Of a stretch of 64,000 nt of DNA, positions 58,008 through 64,000 are shown in pieces; within the stretch, counting starts at the first letter, position 1, and every line of letters begins with the position of its first letter. The notes beneath the pieces were generated by a model, which saw only the letters and a list, made by a program, of their open reading frames with translations, searched no databases and was not told where the DNA came from. The translations under genes and the position numbers were made by a program. Origin of the DNA: a virus; IMG/VR virus record IMGVR_UViG_3300033146_001643, positions 1-64,000 of that record, one strand, 5' to 3'.

Positions 58008-58590
58008 TTTATTTGAAATAAACACAAAAAATATGATGGTAACAATAGCACCACAAGCATTACTAATGAAACCATTTGAGCTTATTTGGGATAGAGATAA
58101 AACTAAAACTAAGAAAACTGCACTAAAGGAATTAACTTTTGTGTGGGGTATGGCATCTAAATCAAATAATAATATATGGAAGGAGTATAGAGATGAACAT
58201 ACTAGAGCTATATTAATAAAAGGGGATTTATTTGGCAAAACCTCTAACTGGAAGCCATCAACAGATATATTAAAAGCAATAGATTTTTATAAAAGTCGTG
58301 AACCTATGACCCCTATGGATTTTTTATTAGAAGGAGCAGAAACTGCTATGATTAATTTAGGAAAACATTTGACTAATATTGATTACGATGAACGTAATGA
58401 AAATACAGGGGCTTTATTGCAAGACCCTAAAAAAATACACTCTATAATACAAGGTATGGGGAAAACAGTTGAAGATTATGAACGACTAAAAGAAATGATA
58501 GCTAAGGGAAAAACTAAACAAACTACAGTACGTGGGGGCGGCGAAATTGGTAGCTTTGAGGGTGCTGATAGTTTAAATGAATTTATATAG
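58000..58590 (+). CDS. crAss-like conserved protein upstream of TerL (terminase small subunit candidate)
   Basis: PFELIWDRDKTKTK...ELTFVW and C-terminal VRGG. Overlaps terL. Confidence 0.55.
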   Translation: MDNLFEINTKNMMVTIAPQALLMKPFELIWDRDKTKTKKTALKELTFVWGMASKSNNNIWKEYRDEHTRAILIKGDLFGKTSNWKPSTDILKAIDFYKSREPMTPMDFLLEGAETAMINLGKHLTNIDYDERNENTGALLQDPKKIHSIIQGMGKTVEDYERLKEMIAKGKTKQTTVRGGGEIGSFEGADSLNEFI

Positions 58591-60784
58591 TATGAACAAG
58601 AAATTAAAACAACGTTATAGTCGAATATATGGAATAGAATTAGAGTTGGTAGAAAAAGTGTATACAATAGCAAGAAAATACGATATTCACATATATGATG
58701 CCCTTACACTAATAAATCGCCACTCATACGCTATAGAAGCTAACGTAAATAAGTATACTTATGTAGAAAAGCTATCAAATTGGTATAGGGGCAAAAGATT
58801 ATTAGTTAATACTAGTGCATATATACAAGCGGCTACTAACTACTCGAAAACAGGGAAATACACAAACGCTATAAAAAATAATCACCCAAGTAGCGAATAT
58901 ATGAAATTCTGGACAGAGGAAGCTAGAAGATGCATATATGGTTATCATATAGGCACAGATTGGATACCTGGGTATTTTTACTTTTATCTCAATTATTCTC
59001 CAATAGAACTTGTAGTAGTAACTGATGATAGTGCTAAAGGTAATAAAGTAAGAGCAGAGAGGCAAACTGCTCTACCCGCGTTTTGGGACGGTGATTATTA
59101 TTATTTTCATTACTTAGAGGAATGTGAAAGAACTGGTATGTCAGCCTCGGTACTCAAAGCTAGGGGGAGAGGGTATAGCTGGAAGGGAGCTTCCATGTTA
59201 GATAGAAATTTTTATCTAATACCTAAAAGTAAATCAATAGTGTATGCTAGTAGCAAAGAATATTTATCTGGTAATGATGGGATACTCACTAAAGCTTGGT
59301 CTATAATGCACCACATAGATACTAATACTGCATGGTCTAAACGTAGGCAAGTAAAAAATACTGATACACACAAAAGAGCTAGTTTACAGAAAACTGTAAA
59401 CAATGTGAAAGTTGAGTATGGTTTTATGTCAGAAATATCTGGTGTTACTTTAGGAGACAATGTACATAAATTACGTGGTAAGAGGAGTAAATTAATACTA
59501 TTTGAAGAAGCTGGGTCATTTAAAAATCTTATAACAGCATGGATAGTATCTAAGCCGTCTATAGAACAAGATGGTGCAGTATTTGGGTTGAGAATACCAT
59601 TTGGTACTGGTGGTGAAGAAGGTAATGTATTTACTGGGTTGAAGGAACTATTTTATAAACCATTAGTACACGGCATTTGTGGAATACCAAATTTGTGGAG
59701 TAAAAATTCGACACATATTAGAGTTGGCTGGTTTGTTCCTACATATATCAATATGTACGGATATTATGACAAAGATGGTAATAGCGATATAATTAAAGCT
59801 AAAGCATTTGTAGAACAGCAAAGGCAAGAAGCTATAGAAGCTAAAATGACCCCAAGCGATTATCAAAAGATGAAAGCTGAAAACCCAATAATACCAGAAG
59901 ATGCTGTATTACGAGCAATAGCTAGCCCATTTCCAGTAGAGCTTTTAACAGACCATTTAGGTAAATTAGAAACTGACACAGCTTATAGAGGAACAACTAG
60001 TGTGGGACAATTGTTAGAAACACCAGCAGGTGATATTTATTGGAAAGAGGATTTAAAGAATACAATTTCAATAATAGGTACTGACGATATTAATGAATAT
60101 AACCGAGTAGGTGGAATAGAAATATTTAATCACCCACCAAATAAGAAACCGCCTAATTATGCTTATATAATTGGAGTAGACCCAATTGACTTTGATATGA
60201 ATGAAGTTGGTAAAAAATATTCCTTAGGGAGTACATTTGTGTTAAACACGTTTACTGAACAAATAGTAGCTGAATATACAGGTAGACCAGATAGTGCAGA
60301 TACTTATTATGAGAATGTACGTAGGCTTGGTATTTATTATAATGCTAAAATAATGTATGAAAATAATATTAAAGGTATGTTTACTTATTTTAAGAATAAA
60401 TATTGTGAGCACATGTTAGCTTCTAAACCAACTATCTTACAAGATAGTGTAACTAATATGAGTATGGGGAATAGAAAATTCGGATTTACTGCTACAAGTA
60501 ATCAACACAGCTCTATTCTTAAATATGGTAGACAAGAAATTAAAAAGTGGTTAGAAAAATATATTGATGATGAGAATAGTATTAGAATATTGCACTCTAT
60601 TAAAAGTACTGGTTTACTTAAAGAACTAATAGAATGGCACTATGATGGGAATTTTGATAGGGTAAGTGCATTAATAGCATTAATGATATATTTGCAAGAT
60701 ACAACTAGATTACGTAAAAGTATAAAAGATAGTGTTATAGATATTAAAAAACAATCATTTTGGACTAAACCTTTTGCACAATAG
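58577..60784 (+). CDS. terL: Terminase large subunit
   Basis: FWTEEARRC, YFYLNY, Walker A LKARGRGYS, Walker B FEEAG, GTGG, nuclease IGVDP, YENN and NFDRVSA. Confidence 0.93.
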   Translation: MNLYSMNKKLKQRYSRIYGIELELVEKVYTIARKYDIHIYDALTLINRHSYAIEANVNKYTYVEKLSNWYRGKRLLVNTSAYIQAATNYSKTGKYTNAIKNNHPSSEYMKFWTEEARRCIYGYHIGTDWIPGYFYFYLNYSPIELVVVTDDSAKGNKVRAERQTALPAFWDGDYYYFHYLEECERTGMSASVLKARGRGYSWKGASMLDRNFYLIPKSKSIVYASSKEYLSGNDGILTKAWSIMHHIDTNTAWSKRRQVKNTDTHKRASLQKTVNNVKVEYGFMSEISGVTLGDNVHKLRGKRSKLILFEEAGSFKNLITAWIVSKPSIEQDGAVFGLRIPFGTGGEEGNVFTGLKELFYKPLVHGICGIPNLWSKNSTHIRVGWFVPTYINMYGYYDKDGNSDIIKAKAFVEQQRQEAIEAKMTPSDYQKMKAENPIIPEDAVLRAIASPFPVELLTDHLGKLETDTAYRGTTSVGQLLETPAGDIYWKEDLKNTISIIGTDDINEYNRVGGIEIFNHPPNKKPPNYAYIIGVDPIDFDMNEVGKKYSLGSTFVLNTFTEQIVAEYTGRPDSADTYYENVRRLGIYYNAKIMYENNIKGMFTYFKNKYCEHMLASKPTILQDSVTNMSMGNRKFGFTATSNQHSSILKYGRQEIKKWLEKYIDDENSIRILHSIKSTGLLKELIEWHYDGNFDRVSALIALMIYLQDTTRLRKSIKDSVIDIKKQSFWTKPFAQ

Positions 60785-60834
60785 CTAATTTATGCACACC
60801 TTATATATATAGTAAGATATAATATATTTGTAAT

Positions 60835-63141
60835 ATGAATAAATTTAAACATGTAGGCAGTACTAAGCTTAAAACTAAAAAAACCATAATAGATTATGTT
60901 ACTACATTAGAAACAGCAAGTACTACTGATATTTATACCAAGCGAAAAACAATTAAACAACGTAATGAAAATTACAATTTGGTTGTTGGAATCTTAGACA
61001 ATGAGGCTTTAAAGAAAGCATTTAACCCTATGAATTTAGAAGGTGAGAATATTACTATACCTACTGGAGATGAGGTTATTCCTGTTATACACCCGAGTAT
61101 TAATGCTTTGATTGGCGAAGCTTATGACAGACCTTTTGAATTTAGAGCTTATTTGACTAACCCTAGTGATATATCAACTAAAGAGGAAGAATTAAAATTA
61201 CAACTTGATAATAAATTAAAAATATTAGTTAAAAACTCCGCTGTACAGGGAGAAGCATTAAAATTAGCATTAAATAAATTAAAATATTGGGCAACGTACA
61301 CATTCCAAGATGTGAGAGAACGTACAGCTAATCATAAATTAAAAGATTTAGTATTAGACCAAGATTTAATTAAAGTATTTAAAGATGGATTTAAAGATGT
61401 TATTGCTGTTAATGAGGAGCAATACCATATTGGTTTATATAATGGTAATGTTACTATTGAGAAAATAGAACCTAATGAGTTAGATGTTTATCAATTAGGG
61501 CAGTCTAATAAAATTGAAGATGCAGGTATTCTAGTTTGGACTAGATATAGGTCTGCTAATAAAATTTTAGAGATGTATTATGATAAATTAACTAAATCTG
61601 ATATAGAGTACTTAATGGGGGATAAAACATCTTCTGATAATATTTTAGATAATTCATCTATAAAATCAGCTCCGATGGCAGCTGTTGACGAGCAAGAAAT
61701 TGCTTACTTATCTGTTGATATAGAAAATAATACTATTAATAGTGATGATAATGTTTCACACAGAGCTGATGGAACATTTAGAGTACGAACAGTTTATTTT
61801 AGAACAACTAGGTTAGTTAAAGAAGTAACTGGATTAAATGAAAAAACTGGTATAGAAGAAACAAGATTAGAAGATGAGGCATATACAATTACAACAAAAG
61901 AAAAAAGTGTTAATAGGTATATTAATGAATGGTATGAAGCTACTAGTATATCTAAAGATATATGGATTAACGTTCAACCTTGTCCAGTACAAGCAACTGA
62001 TTTGAATAATTTAAGTATGAATAAGCCTCCTATTGTCGGTACTATATATTCTTATGGTAGTAGGATAGGAAAATCTATAGTAGATATATTAAAACCAATC
62101 CAATATGAATGGACTATTTTTAGTAAAAAATTATCTTTGCTGTGGGCTAGGAACTGGGGGAAATTAGTAAAAATTGACGTTAGTAGAATACCTAAAGAGT
62201 TTTCATTGGACTTATTTATGAACTGGATTACCTCGTACGGCATTATAGTAGAAAACCCTTTTGAAGAGGGTAATAGAGGTGTAGCTGCTGGGTCTATGCG
62301 TGAAAGTGTAGGGGCAGTTGATGTAGGGTTAGGCAATGAAATTCAAGCAGCATTAGGGCATTTAATGTATCTAAAAGAACTAGCTGATGAGACTGTTGGT
62401 ATTACTAGACAGCGTAGAGGTGAATTGATGGCTTCTGATGGATTAGGTACAACACAAGAAGCTATTACTAGGAGTAATAAAATGACGGAAGAGCTATTTC
62501 AAGAGCATGATGCTGTTAGGCGTAGAGTATTAGAATTAGCGTTAGAGTATATAAAATTAGCCCTTAGAAATAAGACAGATAAAAAAGCTCAATATATATT
62601 AGATGATATGGCTACAGTTATATATGATACAGAAGGAGCAGGATTTACTGAAACTTCATTTGGTATTAGATTAACTAACAGTACTAAAAGGTTACAACTA
62701 GAAGCTATATTCCAACAATTATCACATGCAGCTATGCAAAATGGTACTATTACTATTAGTCAAATAATGGAATTATATACTACAGATAGTATGCGTGAAA
62801 AGATTAATTTGTTAAAAACAAAAGAAGAAGAAATTAGGATTCAGAAGCAAGAGGCGGAAAAAAGACAACAAGAGATGCAACAAAAAATGCAAGAAGCACA
62901 ATTAAAGGATAATGAAGCAGCTAGACAAATTAAATTAGAAGAAGCTAAGATTAAAGCTGAAGCTACTATAGAGGTGGCACGTATAAATGCAGAAGCTAGA
63001 ATAACAGATGCTAGCATAGGAGCTAATATTTCAGAAAATAAAGAAGTAAATAATAGTATGCAACAAGCACAAGTTAATATGCAAAGACAACAAGAACATG
63101 CAGATAACTTGGCTATTAAGCAACAAAAATTAGCTAAATAA
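60835..63141 (+). CDS. Portal protein
   Basis: 768 aa after terL. NYNLVVG, INALIGE...RPF, SIVDILKPIQY and VGITRQRRG, with a coiled-coil C-terminal barrel. Confidence 0.88.
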   Translation: MNKFKHVGSTKLKTKKTIIDYVTTLETASTTDIYTKRKTIKQRNENYNLVVGILDNEALKKAFNPMNLEGENITIPTGDEVIPVIHPSINALIGEAYDRPFEFRAYLTNPSDISTKEEELKLQLDNKLKILVKNSAVQGEALKLALNKLKYWATYTFQDVRERTANHKLKDLVLDQDLIKVFKDGFKDVIAVNEEQYHIGLYNGNVTIEKIEPNELDVYQLGQSNKIEDAGILVWTRYRSANKILEMYYDKLTKSDIEYLMGDKTSSDNILDNSSIKSAPMAAVDEQEIAYLSVDIENNTINSDDNVSHRADGTFRVRTVYFRTTRLVKEVTGLNEKTGIEETRLEDEAYTITTKEKSVNRYINEWYEATSISKDIWINVQPCPVQATDLNNLSMNKPPIVGTIYSYGSRIGKSIVDILKPIQYEWTIFSKKLSLLWARNWGKLVKIDVSRIPKEFSLDLFMNWITSYGIIVENPFEEGNRGVAAGSMRESVGAVDVGLGNEIQAALGHLMYLKELADETVGITRQRRGELMASDGLGTTQEAITRSNKMTEELFQEHDAVRRRVLELALEYIKLALRNKTDKKAQYILDDMATVIYDTEGAGFTETSFGIRLTNSTKRLQLEAIFQQLSHAAMQNGTITISQIMELYTTDSMREKINLLKTKEEEIRIQKQEAEKRQQEMQQKMQEAQLKDNEAARQIKLEEAKIKAEATIEVARINAEARITDASIGANISENKEVNNSMQQAQVNMQRQQEHADNLAIKQQKLAK

Positions 63142-63163
63142 TAATAATAAATAACCACAAATT

Positions 63164-64000
63164 ATGGCAGGAGAAATTTCAGTATCTATTAATGATGATA
63201 CAGGAAGTATAACTACAGAAAATGTTACTACTTCAACAACACCGCAGACAGGAGAGAATTTAGAATTAGCTAATGATAAAACTGGGGAAACAAAATCCGC
63301 CCCAGAGAAACTTGAAGTAAGTTTACCAGATAAAGAAAATGCATCTAATAATACCGGAGGCGATAACGAAATTAGTAAAAATAATTCTAATGATAATGTA
63401 GAAAAAAAAACAGACCAAGATTATGATGCAGCCGAGATATATAAGTATTTAGCAGATACTAATGTATTACCTATGATTGCTGTGGATAAAAATTTTGATT
63501 TTGAGGATTTAAGTACAGCTATTGAAACTAGAATTAATGACACAATAATTAGTAGAGAAAAACAATTTTTAGAAACTATGCCTAAAAAAGCAGCTGATTT
63601 ATTTAGTCATTTACGTGCTGGTGGTGAGGTAAGTGATTTTCAAGCTGTACATAGTAATAGTTATAGCAATATACCAAAACAATCATTAAAAGATGATACA
63701 GATTTACAAAATAGTATTATAACTGACTATTATAAAAAAACTACTAGTTGGGACGAAAAAAGTATTAAAACTGCTATAGATAGAATGAATACAGCAGGGA
63801 GTACCGAAAAGGAGTCAACTGCTATGTTAAAATTTTTACAGGATATAGAATTAGAAAATCAACGTGATTTAGCATATAATACTAAACAACAACAATTACA
63901 AATAGAGCAGCAACATAAAGAATTAATTAATAATGTTACTAATACTGTATTAAATACTAGAGACTTTTTAAATATCCCTTTAAATATGGGGACTAAAAAT
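63164..64000 (+). CDS. crAss-like post-portal structural/scaffold protein, truncated by the window end (not in ORF track)
   Basis: Open to the window end. Acidic N-terminus MAGEISVSINDD, then LFSHLRAGGEVSDF...LQNSIITDYY. Occupies the position between portal and major capsid gene in crAss-like phages. Confidence 0.7.
   Translation, partial: MAGEISVSINDDTGSITTENVTTSTTPQTGENLELANDKTGETKSAPEKLEVSLPDKENASNNTGGDNEISKNNSNDNVEKKTDQDYDAAEIYKYLADTNVLPMIAVDKNFDFEDLSTAIETRINDTIISREKQFLETMPKKAADLFSHLRAGGEVSDFQAVHSNSYSNIPKQSLKDDTDLQNSIITDYYKKTTSWDEKSIKTAIDRMNTAGSTEKESTAMLKFLQDIELENQRDLAYNTKQQQLQIEQQHKELINNVTNTVLNTRDFLNIPLNMGTKN

Noticed and set aside
30227-60784. Inteins, group I introns or homing endonucleases in nrdJ, dnaB, polA and terL
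   Set aside because: The genes are contiguous and of normal length, and I saw no splice-junction, LAGLIDADG or HNH motifs.
1229-63158. Many antisense ORFs in the track (e.g. 13636-14196, 31602-32039, 48824-49408, 62841-63158)
   Set aside because: They lie opposite well-supported genes and have the I/L/S/F-rich composition expected of antisense shadows.
1-64000. Stop-codon reassignment (TAG or TGA), known in some crAss-like phages
   Set aside because: Long genes are intact in the standard code, and TAG (28609, 60784) and TGA (57598) end genes at sensible positions.
1-64000. tRNA genes, integrase, reverse transcriptase/DGR
   Set aside because: None recognised by eye. tRNAscan-SE and HMM searches would be needed to exclude them formally.

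Overview
This very AT-rich window is about 64 kb of a crAss-like (Crassvirales-type) phage that probably infects Bacteroidota. Host evidence is TTTG-N20-TAnnTTTG promoters, A-rich leaders without Shine-Dalgarno sites, an SSB tail DDLPF, and signal peptides followed by Gln. It uses the standard genetic code. From 1 to 28.6 kb (+) lie the tail ring, IHF-like and muzzle genes, the cargo proteins, a 4552-aa virion RNA polymerase polyprotein (DFDFD catalytic motif plus an HEMLH zincin) and a 1340-aa partner. From 28.7 to 56.4 kb (-) lie replication, metabolism and early genes: class II RNR, GroES, vWA proteins, Gp88-like, DUF932, primase, SSB, DnaB, a permuted GHKL ATPase, ligase, AAA ATPase, PolA, exported proteins and a GH73 hydrolase. 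From 56.8 kb to the end (+) lie a PD-(D/E)xK nuclease, HU, a TerS candidate, TerL, portal and a truncated scaffold-like gene. Three observations stand out. (1) A recurrent [FY]-x-A-[IL]-[TS]-S motif sits in the interdomain linkers of the RNAP polyprotein and its neighbour, a candidate cleavage code for the embedded zincin. (2) A cluster of unannotated, highly structured non-coding elements at 49.8-56.8 kb includes a ~400-nt nested structure, tandem three-way junctions, and an antisense sRNA candidate with its own promoter and palindromic operator. (3) Several exported or outer-membrane proteins and small ORFs lie among the early genes. All assignments come from motif reading and synteny by eye; no searches or folding programs were run.
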